A stretch of 64,000 nucleotides of DNA from Lytechinus pictus (Eukaryota). The translations under genes and the position numbers were made by a program. Location: positions 9,364,001 to 9,428,000 of the forward strand of contig NC_087251.1 in NCBI RefSeq assembly GCF_037042905.1, in the 5' to 3' direction. This document shows positions 37,169-59,535 of the stretch, piece after piece. Below the pieces are notes generated by a model. That model was not told where the DNA came from. It searched no databases and saw only the letters and a list, made by a program, of their open reading frames with translations. How positions within the stretch are numbered: the stretch's first letter is position 1; each line of letters starts with the position of its first letter.

Positions 37169-39949
37169 CAGCTGGTTAACAGATGCAGATTAGGGCATAA
37201 CTTATAGGCAGTGTTGAGCATGGGATCAAAGAAACCAGCTTGACCCCGCTCCTTTCATACAACTCCCAGTGTTACATCATCATTATTGAAGCTGTAATAA
37301 GACAAGGGCGAGACTGTTATACAGTTTTTACAATTTTAATGTTCTGAGATCTAATGAAAGACTACAAAATAAAAATGTACTATCAAGAAGGGGTTTCATG
37401 AATGACTTTTCAGATATCTTAATAGCAGACAAAGTTCGTTCAATCCAACAGTTTAATATACTAACAGTCAGATACATGTTATTCTCAGCCAATCGAACTC
37501 AAGGATGATGAATGTTGAATTGCTCCCAGCCTCTACAGAAGGACACTTTTTTCCATTCAATTTTAACTAACTCTTTAGAGTGTGTGCAGTGATTGAGGTT
37601 CATTTAAATGTCTGCCCAATTTCCTTCCTATGCCAATAAGGTTGACTTGACTGCATGAAGGATTTCTCTGCCAAAAATCATGATGAATGTTAGGTAGCCT
37701 ATGCTGCTAGCAGTATAGCATTAAATTCTTTTTAAATTTGGCTTAATAGTTGGGGGCGTTCATATGCACCCCAACGCAGTGAATATTGGCAAGGGGAGCG
37801 TTTCATCAACATTTTTCATGTTGACAGATCTGAAATCTTTTCTCTAGATTTTGATTGGATGAGAAGCACAGTTGCTATGGTTACTATCAAATTACTTGGT
37901 CAAATAAAAACATCCGACAAGACCATTCATGATACACTCCTTCATACAAAACTCATTACAAACATAGTTTGAACATGCTCAATATACATACTATACAGGT
38001 AGCATGTTCTTATTATTAGCTCATTTACAATGTAAATGCTCTAACTCTATGCAATATGATGTTCAGATAGGTAAATTAAATGTGAATGTGTGACATGTCC
38101 AGCATGTATATTGTACAGACAATATGTTTTTATTTTCGTGACAGGTAGCTCATTTCAAAGTAAAATATATTATGACTACCTGTACATGTAGTACAAAGCT
38201 CCTTTCTGAATAGGACTATTTCCAATAAAGTAATTCAGTGTTATGGATGTTTATTTCTTGATGACCCTGTAATGGGGGGGGGGGGTACTCTTTCAACTGG
38301 TTTGTAACAAATAGATTACCAAACTGTACCTAGAATCCATTTTTTGTACAATTAGCAGGCCTCTTTCAGGTCGTTGGGAACTGAGAATTACATGTAACTT
38401 ATATCACAATCAATGTTCAAATCAATTGCAAGTTAAAATGATGGATTAACAGATACAGTCTAACTTCTGACTTGCATTTACAAGCAAGAATTATATTACT
38501 AGCACTTCATTTAAGAACCGAGAGTTTTGCTTAAGGATATATTGACAAAGTCACCTTTACAGAAGTTTGTGCCTTGTCTTTACGCAGGACTCCCTCTTAG
38601 CTTTTTTTCAAAGTGGTTTTGTTTTGTATATGATGGAATGAAATGATTATCAATGAAAAGACACTGAGCAGGATATCTGCTGAAATAGATGGCTCAGAAT
38701 TTTATAGTAAAGGCAGAGTTTATTGTATGTCATATAAACACATGTACAGTACATCTTGACATGAAATCTCCCATTGTATAATTCACTGACAAGATGTATT
38801 GATGACTGCATTTTTGTTTTCTTGGTATGAAATAAAAAGTATACAAAAGGCTAAAAATGTTACATTACATGTAGCTTATACTTCAGTTCTTGTAGCTAAA
38901 CGTCTCATATTAATTAGACAAATTGGTTAGAACAATTTGCTTTCCCGAAAATGGTGAAATATCTAAAGAAGACAAATTTCAAGGTTTGACAAATAGAAGA
39001 AAATTCATGTTTTTTTTTACCATTTTCAGAAACTGGTATCAAAATAATCAATAACTTCAAACAACAGAACCTAAGTCGATTCAAGTTTCTATTCATAAAT
39101 TGATATAACACTTCACCGCATCTCAGTACATTTGCTTCATACTTCATAGAAAATTCAATAAACTTCTTTTTTTCTCAAGATCAGTTTTGGGGGTAAATAT
39201 ATTGTTTGTCCACCCTTCGTTTGACCTACGCTACCTGTACCAATTGAAATACACATTTTAAAATGCTGTAAACTATAAAATTGATGTTATATTAAGTCGA
39301 ACATCATACATTTCAATTTTCTTTAGCAGTATAATCACAAATCAAAATTTGAACTTACTATGAAATATATTCTGCAATACATCATCAGGCAATATGATGG
39401 TATTGGTAAACAGTTTGCACGGCCTCTGGCTAAAAATTCTGAAGATTTCCGGTTGTACTCAGGCATACAATCAGTGTATAACACAGCTAAATGATCAGGC
39501 AAATTGGTTCAACAAGTATCAAAGAAGCAATTTATGCAATAATACAGTATCCCATACTTAACAAAAGATGTGATGTTGATTGTTTCATTTTATTTATTGA
39601 CGATTTTGGCAGAATTTAGTTAGACATGGGAAATTATTGCTTATTATCCCGAAATTAGACCCCAAAACAGCCAATCTGGAATAAATTCATTGGAAATGGT
39701 TTTTGAGTAAGTATGGGTGTCGACATTTACCAAAAAAAATTTGGGAGGAATACGGGTGGGGAAAGTGGTTTTTTTTTCAAGGTCAAAGGTCAATGACCTT
39801 TTCTTATATACTGTATAATGGTATTTCTGAGATAAAAAGGTGCAGGTTGATGATCATGGTGTCAAAATGTCTAGAATTTGATAACCGTGATGTATTATTT
39901 GGTCAGAAACTTGGCTAAACACCTCTGTGAGTAGTAGTGAGATTTTCCT

Positions 39950-40720
39950 AGATAACTATAATGTTATCATAAAGACAGAGACCCAAACAGCAAAGGACAG
40001 GCACACGCCAGTGTATTGATTGCTGTCAAAGACCAGAAAATGAAAGTGTATAGATAGAAATTGAAATACATGGTGCCAAACCAGTTCTTGTTGGCAATTT
40101 TTAGAAACCCTCTAACACCGATAAAGATTACCTGCCTACTCTCAAGAACTCATTAGATAAGTTGAATGTAGATCAGTACAGCAATGTCTAGCTAGGTGGC
40201 GACTTAACCTAGGTGACATCGTTTGTGATTCACAAACCGTAAAGTCAGGATCGCAAAAGGCGTCAATGTGTCGAGACCTTCTCGATATAGCTAACGATAA
40301 TGGCCTTGAGCAAATAGTTACGGAACCCACTCGTAGGGATAACATTCTTGATTTATTTTTCATTAAGAATCCCTCTCTAGTTATCAGATTGTACCAGGAC
40401 TTAGTGATCATGATGGTGTTCCTATTATTCTTGTTAACACTAAGCCCCTGAAAAGTAGGCAAAAACCAAGGAAAGTCTTTCTGTACAATAAGGCAGATAC
40501 AGACAAGTTAAAGGAGGCAGTGAGTAGTATAAGCCATGACATACAGGTTCAAATACAGAGTACAGGTTCAGTTGACGAAGTATGGAGCAACTTCAAAGAT
40601 AAATTGAGTAAAGTGGTAGATGAGACTGTCCCATCTAGAATGGTAGGCAAAAAGAATATCATCCCCTGGATAAACCAGTCCATCAACAGATTACACAATC
40701 GTAAACAAAGGGTACACTGG
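39950..40720 (+). mobile_element. Degenerate LINE ORF2 endonuclease/linker fragment (CR1-like)
   Basis: Frameshifted motifs GDxN, LEQIVTEPTRRDNILDLF, VWSNFKDKL..VPS, PWIN. Confidence 0.75.
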
Positions 40721-41069
40721 ACCTTGTAGAAACAAATAATCAGACTCAGCCCGTCATCCTGGTGCTTGGCGAAACCCAAAGTCCTGAGCAGGCTTTTGCT
40801 CTAGTAGAAAAGAGTGCAATCCCTGTCTGTTACATGCCTTGGACATCTGTTTCTTTTAAGTTTATATACATTCTAGATGTAGATTACCCATGGCAATCTA
40901 TAAACACATGGGACTTAAGCAGAAGTTTCTGTTTGGTCTGGGGGATGACAGACGTTCTCAGTCTGTTCCATAAGTAGCGCTTTTGACAAATTATTTGCAC
41001 AAAAAAAAAGTAAAGTTAATCACTAATTATTGGTCAATCCATATCAAATTACCTCATTTTCAGAGAATT

Positions 41070-41615
41070 GTTAAACTGACCAAAGCACAGTCAATATTTG
41101 GGAGCATGTATGCTGTCTGGAAAGTGAAGAACATCCGAATACAAACCAAAGTGAGGGTGTATGAAGCCACCATCTTATCAATCCTCCTTTATGCCAGTGA
41201 AACATGGGAAATGACGGTAAAAGACAGGCAAAGGCTAAGATGCTTTCCATCACAAATGCTTACGAAGGATCTTAAATATCTCATGGAGGGAACATATAAC
41301 AAATGAAGATGTAAGGAACCAAACAAACCATAAGTTACTCAGCCAAATGATTGCAAAACGAAAGCTGAAATGGCTTGGTCATGTCCTAAGATGCCAGAAA
41401 GCAGCATATAGTCAGGACGGCTGTAACATGGAAATCAGAAGGAGGGAAAAGGAAAAGAGGGAGACCACATCAAACATGGTGGAGAATAATTAAAAGAGAC
41501 CTTACTGATCGGGACACAACGAAGTAGTTCTCATCGCAAAGGATTGATCCCAGTGGCAGACCCTTGCTGATCAATGTCCACATGTGGATGGAATGAGCTA
41601 AGGTCTAAGGTAAGG
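41070..41615 (+). mobile_element. Degenerate RTE-clade LINE 3' end
   Basis: TKVRVYEATILSILLYASETW, LKWLGHV, KRKRGRP..TW; short tail CTAAGGTCTAAGGTAAGG. Confidence 0.8.
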
Positions 41616-43619
41616 TTAACCTGACCCCCTTTGAATTTTCCCTCAAGTGTGTCACAGAGAAATTGAACAAATAAAATTTACTGTTTGTTACAGTGTACTG
41701 GAGTGATGACAAGCATTTTGTTGAATAAGTCAAATTATGTATATCGAATCAATGTGTTAAGTCATTAACTATGAGCCAGCTTTACTTGGCACAGAGTTTT
41801 ATGAGAAAAATATGGCAAAACAAAAGACTATTACAGGTCAAAAGGGCAAGAAATTTGACACATTTGTAAGTACTGACATCATTTGTGCATGAATTGTCCA
41901 GTTAAAAAAAAGACTGCACAGAGATAGGCCTCTTTCCGAGTAAGAACGATAAACATAATTGAGCTATACATGTAATTAATGCTCATTATAAATGGAATCT
42001 AAATAAAGGGTATATCAAATTGGATATATTTTGTTACTTAGCTTGGGTGTGTCAGTGCTAAGACATCAACTGATGATGATGATTATAATGCATCAAGCTT
42101 TCGTTTTAGCTGATAGACAAATGGTATTTTGGAAATATGTTAGGCGAGCATTTATTATTGGATAATTTCTTGTATTGATTTATGCAAGATTACTTATTGT
42201 TGTTTCACTGTTATTAAAATTTAGGTTAAACCTTGTGCCTTACATGCATGGTGTCACAGCTCTGCTTTTTGTATACAGAGTTCTACAACATAGAGGGACA
42301 TTAACGTTGTGCACCTTACGCTCGCCGCAAATGACAAGACTGGTCTGCAACCCCATTTGGGAGCAATTAGAATTTTGCATATTTTCTTAAGTACAGTATA
42401 AACAAGTAAAATATTCTTATCCGAGGTTCAAAATGAGTATGGGAATACTAAAATGTAAATTTTGGTTAACTACAGTAATTTAAGGACAACTCATTCTCTC
42501 AACAAAAAGAACCAACTGAAACTGATGGGCTACACAATGTTAATTTGGCAGCTTTAAACGTTACCATTTTTTAGGTTGACACCATAAGTGCTCGCTTTGG
42601 CCATGTTTGAATATTTTTCCACCCAAAGGAAACAGAGAGTGGTCCGGTTAAGCTAGTGGAGGTAGGACCTAATGGTATGTAACTAACAATGATAGTTATT
42701 CTCTAACTCATTATTTTTTTGGCATGGGGCTTCTAAATGGAAAAAAGGTCAAAAGTGGACCCTATCTGTAAGCAGGACCGGAAATAATAAATAAGTCAAT
42801 TTTGCATGTCTGTCGGAAACTAAGACGGATAATAAAGACACGAAGCGCATACCACTAGGATATACAAAGCCTTTCTCAAATTCAAGTAGCATTGATTATT
42901 GTCTTATCTCCAGTGACTCATTTCATATTGTAAATGACTTTGAGGTTGACCCTTTTGATGGAACATTGTCTAATAAACACTGTTGTCATAAGATTATAAT
43001 TTAGATTGTGGCAATAAAAATTCATTTGAAACCAAAGAAAAATGCATAGAAACTGGAAATTTGGATATGCATGACAAGACCTATGATAAAAGAATTAAAT
43101 GGAATAAGTTACTGGCTACCAAATTTATGAATGGCCTTGATTAAGATAAGATTAATGAAATTTTGTGTAAAATTGACTTGATATAGAATAAACCAAGTCA
43201 AGATGTAATAAATAAGCTATCTGATTCAGTAAAAGAGGTTTTATATTGATACTGCTTCTAAAATCAAATATGGTGAAGACAAGTAATCTTACAAATTTGA
43301 AACAGTATTCACAAAGAACCACTAAAGAAAAACCATGGTTCAAAGAAGATTGTAATAAGCTACAATCAGTGTTTCTGAAGTTGAGGAGAAAATGTAAATG
43401 AAGAAATAATAGTTATTCAAATGAGCTAAAAAGAGTAAAACTATTACATAAAAAGGCTAAAAAAGATGCATAGAATGCCTTTTTGTAGAGACACGCATTT
43501 TATTATTTGTACTATAAAGACAAAAGATCTGAAAGAATATTGGATTCTAAATCTAAAAAAAAAGATACTTCTTCGGTCGACATTGCTTTATTCTAGAGAA
43601 CGCCAGGTGTTCTCTGTGT

Positions 43620-43830
43620 CAGAGCATGGAGGTAGAAAGAGAGAGACCCCAAGCTTGGTTCACTAAGTTTTTTGAAGGATTTGAATCTCGTCTCAAGAAG
43701 CACATTGAAACTCTCACAATAGCCAAGTTTAGTGAACTTTCTGCTTATATTTCTGACCAAGATGAGAAGATTGTAGCTTGTAATATCCAGATATCCAATT
43801 TGGAAGGGGGAATATCAATTGTATACTATG
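43620..43830 (+). mobile_element. Probable LINE ORF1 (coiled-coil) remnant
   Basis: Peptide PQAWFTKFFEGFESRL..DEKIVAC resembles the decayed frame at 47720-47900, which continues into an ORF1-type motif. Confidence 0.4.
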
Positions 43831-44202
43831 ACAAAGAAGTAATTTTCCCATAAACTTTAAGTAAATGTCATAAAATAAAATCTAAAGATGTCCCCAGAGC
43901 AAAAGTGATATTTCTCCAAGACCATGTAGATATTGACATGGTTGTTGTTTCAGTGTCGCCATTGACCAATGTGTTTCTAAATAAATCTTGTCACTGATGA
44001 CTGAATAACTATAGTATACCTTGTAACCCCACACCATAACTGGGTAAGTTTATTGGGGGCTGTTAGAAATAAATCATTCATCCACTACAAAGTCACAATC
44101 CCCAGAAGAAAATCTCTATCTCTATTTTCTCGATCAAGCAAAGGCATAACAAACTTGTCTACACTTGTACAGAAGTGTGGTAACGGGGTTGAAAAGGAAT
44201 AG

Positions 44203-46866
44203 TAGTCAGGTCCAGAATTGAATAAATGTGCTCAGAAAAAGTGCTTTAGGCATTTTGTGTTAATGCTGATTTATCAATTGTTTTAAGGTAATTCAGGGGT
44301 GCTGAATCCAAAAATGCTGTTTGCCAAACTTGATTCCAACGTTTTCATCCTCAAATCGGCAAAAAACAAAATGGCGGCATTTTTAATGTAGTTTCCCATA
44401 TTAAACGATTTTTATGGGTGATTATATTTCAGAAATTGGGATCTATGCGTTATTTTTTATACCCAGGGTTGCAAACATAATGTGTCCGACTGATTCGTCA
44501 GCCATCTTTAACTGGAAATCCAACATAGCGTCCACAACGGCAGTCGTTGTACCGTCAACTCAAAAAATAAAGTAAATCCTCAAAATCAAAATCAAAATCA
44601 TCAAAAACTTTCAAGGCAAATAATGAAACAGGATATGTTTTTTACAAGATGGTCAGTGAGTGTGTCAGAGAATCCAAGATGACCATCCAAAATGGCGTCT
44701 ATAATGGACGTTGCAACTTTGAAATGGTCCAAATGCATAGAATATCCACCTGGTATAAATAAATTTGGGGTCTACCGAGAATAAAATAAAACATATAAAA
44801 GATCATGGTTCCAAAGAGAAAAATTACATTGGAAAAATTTCAAGGTTTATCAGTGGTGCAGTTTGCAAAAAAAAAATGATGATGGCTTAAAAAATAGTTG
44901 CTATTTCTGAAAAATCTGGCTGCAAAGTTCATATACTATCTACCTAGAAACATTTTTGTGTCTTTCTCATGATTTCAAGGGTCGAATGATATAGGTGAAG
45001 ACGAATTACAGGGATACAATGTTGTCCATCTTGTAAAAAAAATGAAGAACGCTCCAAAAATTGCATTCAAGTTGGCCACCATTGTTACAAAAATGACAAT
45101 ACTTCATATCCCATCTAGTGCCACTATTTTGGTGTCTCTGTTTCTAAGACTCATGAAAATATGTTTTACAAGAATTAGTGACATAATTAGACGGTGGTGC
45201 AACAATAGGTAAACATAAAAAAAACTAACTTTAAAAAAGTAAGGTACACTTTCACCTAAATTTTTTCCATAATTCACTGATAAGTATTTCAAGACACGTC
45301 ATTTTTGTGCTTAGGACTATCCTATGGTTTTATGATTAGGGGACAGTAGTCATTTTTACGCAATTTTAGAAGTCACTTTGGACTTTTTACGACGAAAAGG
45401 AAACTGACCATCCTTTTTATTTGTCCCGATTTATTATTTTAGCCTTCAAACCACAATAGTGTAGATTTTGTTCACCTAATTATGACTATGTTAAGGTGAT
45501 GGAAGTCTTTTTAGACTCACTTTGAAAGCCATCTTTAAATAATAGGCAAAATGGACAGCTTCATACCATTGTAACTAATCCAAAAGTATTATTTAACCCT
45601 TGAAACCGTAGTGTAGACACCAACATCATATATCCCAGATGGATTTTAAATAGATTATGTCAATTTTTAAGTACCAGCAACCATTTAAGAGTCCTTAATT
45701 GGAATCCATCTTGGATTTTTAGACATACAGGACCATTGATTGCCCTTGTAACTTATCCTAATGTATTACTTGACCATTTAAACCAAGGGTTAGACAACAT
45801 AATCATATACCCCAGGCTGATATTAAACAAACTGTCAGTTTTTCGGTAAGAACGGCTTATATAGACTCCATTTTTGGAAGCCATTATGGATTTTTGTACA
45901 TACTGGAACCACTAACTGTCCTTGTAACTTGTCTCAATCTAATACTTGACCATTTAAACCATGCGTTATACTAAAAAATCATATTCTCCTGGCGGTTATT
46001 AAACAAACTGTGTCGGTTTGTAATTAACGACAGACATTTTATACTCCATTTTTGCAGCCATCTTGGATTTTTGGACATGGAGGACCATAGACTGTCTTTG
46101 TTACTTGTCCCAACGTATTTCTTGACCCATTAAACCATTGGTTAGACACCAACATCATATCCTCAAGGCAAATATTAAACAAACTATGTCGGGTTTGGGG
46201 TTTTTTAGATAACAACAGCTATTTTAGACTCCAATTTTGAAAGCCATCTTGGATTTTTGGACATAGTGGACCGTTCACTGTCCTTGTAACTTGTTCCGGT
46301 TTACTTCTTGACCCTTGAAATCACCAATGAATAAAACCGAAATAAAATACGTAATAGATGAATTATGAATTTTTAGGCCATTACAGCCATTTTTGCGCAA
46401 TCTTGGACTTTCAGGTACCCTGGAGTGCTTATGTTCACTCTTTCCTTTTATGCTCTCCACCATTGAATACATGTATGCACCGAAAAAGGTGTCTAGGGTA
46501 GAAAAAGTGCCGGTTATATTAATTTTCAGTTAATGGCTGTCATCTTAGACGCCATCTTGAAAATAACCACTTTCCCGGATACGGATTTTGGTGGATTTTT
46601 AGTATGTTATTTCTGAGATCAAATAGTACCAAAAACCGTTGACAAACATTTTTGTTACAAGATTTGGGGGTCAGAATAGAGTAAAAATGGGTGTAGAATG
46701 GCGGCCATATCGTTTTTGCCAATTTGAGGATTTTAACATCAAAATCAAGGTTGGCAAACAGCAAATTTGGACTCAGCGCCCTCAAATTATGTTAAAACAC
46801 TTCTCAATTCAGCATTAACACGATTTGCCTAAGGCAGTCTACTTTTCTCAAATCTGGACCTGTCTA
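44203..46866. mobile_element. Non-autonomous Academ-like DNA transposon, 2.66 kb, with internal ~180 bp tandem repeats
   Basis: TAG|TAGTCAGGTCCAGAATTGA ... TCAAATCTGGACCTGTCTA|TAG (3-bp TSD); imperfect TIRs >130 bp; tandem units containing GCCATCTTGGATTTTT at ~45520-46320. Confidence 0.82.
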
Positions 46867-47699
46867 TAGGAGTGATCTTCAGACACATAAACAAGAAATT
46901 TTGTGCTATTTAGGTTAGTGAAAATGTAGACACACCATCAAACAAGGGAATGTGTATCACAAGAGAACAGGATGATTCTGTGATGGAGGTAAAATTATGG
47001 GGAAGGGCTGCAGTTGAGAGCCAAAAAATGAACAGAAGAATGAATGGGTCCATTATGATTATGGCTGACGTTAATGTTGAGAAGAATGTGGTATTTTTTG
47101 TGTAATTAGTCATTGGGTTATATGAAACAACATGTTCTTTGTTTTCTTTTATAATAATAACAATTTCTCTAATTGAAATGAAAAACAAAGTAATGGAAAA
47201 GAACCATATATTCCAGTGTGTAACTATATAACCATACTTCCAAAGCCTAACATAGGGCCTTATAGGATTAAATCAAGTAACTTCCAATCACAAACATATG
47301 TTGGTGCTGCAAAATGTAAAGAGGGGCTGGTAGCAAATTTCAAATAGGAGTCACTAAATGCACACTACTTCCAGTGTGCGAGTCACATTTTAAAGTAAGT
47401 CATAACAGAGCCATCAAAAGTTCAAGAGATAAATAACATGCACATTAATTACTCTGCATGCAGTTAGCCTTTTCTTCAGGGATTCTCCTTAAAGACAGAG
47501 ATGTCTAGAGAAAGAAATAACTGATATAAATTTGAACAGACAGGACAAATTACAAGCAATCATGATAACAAAAGTTTGGAGGGTGCCTAATCTGAAATAA
47601 AGTGAAAGCATGCCTTCATTATAATCTCTGCATTTCACCATTCTTGACTAGTAACGGTGGTAAGCAACTACGATGATGTGTTGAATCATGATCTCATGT

Positions 47700-48130
47700 T
47701 CTCAGGATTTGATTGAAATTGAGGGACAGCCACCCAAGAGGTTCATCACTTTCTCACAGAAGTTGGATGAACGCTTCTCTCATTAAGGAGAACGAATGGA
47801 ACATTAATTTGTTAAGAGGCTAGATGAGTTTGAGTTGAAGATTGATAAGAATGCGGAAAAAATCATTGCATGCTAGCTGCACCTGGATGATGTGGTGGAG
47901 TTGAAAAGGGTGATGTAGGAGATGTGGAGAAATGAGACAACTTGGAAAACCAGAGCATACAAAATAATCTGGTGCTCCATAGAGTTCCAGAGGCCCCAGA
48001 TGAGAAGTGTCAGGAGATGGTTAAATCCAGCGCAGACTCAACCAGACCTTTAAAGGGTATAAAACCAAGGATGATTCATGTTGCATTTCAAAATTCAAGA
48101 ACAGTAAGTTCAAGGGTGACCAGATTTATT
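47700..48130 (+). mobile_element. Degenerate LINE ORF1 fragment
   Basis: LENQSIQNNLVLHRVPEA..E resembles the ORF1p LENRSRRNNLxxxGxPE motif; KPRMIHVAF follows; in-frame stops are present. Confidence 0.55.
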
Positions 48131-48639
48131 CATCGGAAGATTTTTTGAGGCGTGTGCTGGAAAAGCAGAATAAGTTAGACCATCTCAAGTATTTTATAGA
48201 TGAAGGAAAAAGCTTTCTTCCTTTACCGGACAGACTTGCATACCAGAATTCAGAAGGAAAACTGTTCATAGATATTTGGGTGGGTTTGTATGGGGGGGTG
48301 GAAGTGTTCATGTAAGAGCGTGTGTGCAAGAGGGAGTGAGAGAAAGTGAGGAAGCAGGGGGCGGGGGTTCTCTCGTACGGCATGTTCTTTTTTCTTGAAG
48401 GTTTGTCTCTTTTTCCCTGTCTCAGAGATTCCCTCTTAAAAACTTTTTCTTGTTACTTATATAATTTGCCTTTTATTTCTATTTCATTCTTTTCATGTTC
48501 CATGAATTTATGTTTTTAATCATGTAAATCCTTTGAAAATATTGTGATTTTTATGATTTATATCAATAAATACCTAAATATTTAAAAAAATAATAAAAAA
48601 ATGTTTGCAAAGGTTTCTCTGTGAAACCAGGTAGGTTGA

Positions 48640-49520
48640 AAGGCAACAGGTCTATGAAGAATTCCATATCATGCATGAAACTGTTTCAAGTACCTTGGAT
48701 AAGATTAAGTCAGAAGAGGAATAGGTCTGAGACACTGTCACCCAGGCAAGTGGATTAGCTAGAAGTATATCAGATATGTTTCTGTGTTCATTGCAGCTAT
48801 CCAGATATGTCACTTCATATTTGGGTTACCAAATGTCTCAGTTGTCTATTTTAAAGATGCAACATAGACATCCTAGAAGCATACACGGATGTGAAGCTAG
48901 TCCAGGATGAGCTTTCCGAGATAAGGACAAATAGTAAGACAAAGTTTGACAGGAATGTGTACCCAGACATGAAGCACATGAGTCGATTGGCTGGGGGAGA
49001 AATGAGGATACCACATAGGTGCTTCTCTCAGACAAGGAGGAATCTCTCCACTAATAATACTGCCGACAGCTATAGAATTGAGATTTTCAGTCAGTGTTTG
49101 GATGGTTTCAATTCGAACATGGATACACATTTCATTGACTTAGCCAATCAAGCAGTAGGTAACAATGAGGTACATAACACAGAATGTATACAACATTGCT
49201 TGAATTCTAAGGCCCTGACCTACCATCATCAGGTACATATCGGCAATGACTGAGACAACACCTTAGAAGAGAAATGCAAGAATGCCATCAGGTTTGCTGG
49301 AAACTCTTCAGCATTGCAACATTCTGCACTTCCAAAAAGTTCACAAATCCTATATGTGTTCATGCTGATGCCTGTGACCAGATGTGGAGTGGAAAGGGCA
49401 CATTGTCAAAGATTTATTAAATTTCTCTTCAGAAGTATGCCTACTATTGGTAGTAAATGTATGTTAATTGCCTTAATGCTGTTCTTTGTTCATAGAGACA
49501 TTTAAATTGATTATTAAGTG
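48640..49520 (+). pseudogene. Decayed hAT transposase C-terminal half (THAP12/ZMYM1-related type)
   Basis: DILEAY..VKLV...L..IR, RIP.R...QT.R.N...YRIEIF...LD, and dimerisation-domain-like MPVTRCGVER..LIALMLFFVHRDI, with frameshifts. Confidence 0.7.
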
Positions 49521-50694
49521 ATTTATTTATTCAAATCCAGACACTCTCGCACTTTTTTTTTCACTAATCTTCTTTCAGAGTAACCAGCCTTTGTATGTCC
49601 ACGAGCATTTTCACATTACGTACGGGGAAATTTTCTTGTATATTGAGTAAGTTTAGACAATTTGCTTGTTTGTAAATTGTGTTCCTTGAGCACAATATTT
49701 GGCAACATATTTGTGACATGTAGAATTGAGAGACATTTGGTATCATTTTAATATATATTAAATCAGACTATCTGCAATACATCAGTAGGCTGCTGTGAAT
49801 CAGAACATTAGGCCAAAAAACAAAAATGTTGTATTGGTGTAACCCATAAAAATATCCCTGATCCTACCTTTTTTTTCTATTGCTATTGATATACGGCATC
49901 ATGCTGACTTCATCTAATTTGAATATGCTATGTTGAAAACCCGGAAGTGTTGCGGACAGAATAGCTATTTTTCCAAGGTAAAATATTTGTTTCAAGCGGC
50001 TTTGGCGAGAGTATTCTTTGTGAGCACCATAGAGATGTATTTAGTATTCGTGAGCTCGCCCAATACCACTTAATATTGGGACGATAACTACGCCCGAATA
50101 CGGGTCAATTTGCCCTCAAGACAGGTCACTCTAGGACAGGTCAAAGGAGGTTTATGGAAGAATTGTTTGTGGTATCAAATTGAATCCTTGGTCATGTATG
50201 CAATATTCAGAATGATCCGAAAAGTTTTGGTAGCAAAAATTTTCCTGCCAGAGGCCTCAAAGATGTTATTTCAATAAAGACTCAATTCTATTGCCCATTA
50301 ATTAATGATGGGTGCATACAGTTGAAATATTGCAGATTTTTCTTTTCACATTAAGTATGAATTTCAATTCATAACTCATCAACTGTACGTAACTCAAAAA
50401 AAATATATGAGTACATGTATTAATAATCTTCAGAATTTTATCAACATAGTTAATTACCTTTGCCTTATCTGGAGCTCCAGACTGAACTCAGGGGGTCAAT
50501 TGTAACAGAAGCAACATGTTTTTGACACTAAGTAATGCATTAATACTAGGCAGTGGCATTTCCAATATAGATTATTGGCTTTCAGTCATCAAGTGTTCCA
50601 GGTTGTAAAGTTCAGTAATGACAGAAGATGTGAGCTGTCACTGATCCAGAGCTGAAATATTAAATAAGGTTTGATGGCTTCTCTCCATTTGGTG

Positions 50695-58632
<7,938 letters not shown>

Positions 58633-59233
58633 CTGTAATGTAATGAAGCAAACAGGTAAATCTAAAGTAGAAAATGACAACATATATATATTTCTGCTTT
58701 AACTGCCACATAATATCCACCCCCCCCCCCCCATTCCTCCAACAAAAGGCCTGGGCCAGTATTCAGTTGAACGTATTTAGAAAGATTTTACTTGGCTAAG
58801 CAAATTGCTGAAACTCAAATCCAGATCACATATAAGTATTTTATAAAACCAAATTCAAGAAAAATACTTACTAAAACCCATTGTACTAAAGTTTAAGCCA
58901 AAAAATGTGCAGTGTATGTATCCATCTGTGTGCTGTATGTAAGAATGCACGTTTGTAAACTGCTAGCAAGCTACATGTAGAATTTAATCAATTAGATGGC
59001 CGACTGCTTTGTACATGATTGCTTGCACACCCTTCCCCTGCTTCGTGCATGACTGCGCACATACGGCATAATGCTGATTGTTTACGCCGATTGCATTGAA
59101 TTAATTGTGTATCGCACGCACACTGAAATAGTTTTTATTGTACGGCACACGAATCAAGCTATCAGAATATTGCTCTAATAACTATGACTTACATTTGACT
59201 TTTTCGAGTTTTTGCAGGATTTTATGAGCATCA

Positions 59234-59535
59234 TGGCTCCATTACCAAAGAAGGGGCAGAGACTTTATGACCCAGATGAAGTCAGAGCGATAGTATTGAG
59301 GATTTGAGGGATGCACAGCCCCAGGCAGATTCGGACTCCGAGGAATCTCTGGCAGAGAGCGTGTCTGAGAGCACAGACGATGACTACGTCCCACGCATTG
59401 AGATTCGTGTCAAGAAGAAGACGGTACTGATAACTATCAAAACGACTCTGATAGTGAAAATCCCTCTGCCAGATTATACAGTGCAATAAATTTTGGACAT
59501 GAAGAAGAATCCCATATGAAAAGCTAAGACCTGGT
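59234..59535 (+). pseudogene. Possible decayed N-terminal acidic region of a piggyBac-like transposase
   Basis: MAPLPKKGQRLYDPDEVRAIVL, then after frameshifts DSDSEESLAESVSESTDDDYVP; acceptor TTTGCAG upstream and donor GTAAAA downstream. No catalytic core or TIRs seen. Confidence 0.3.
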
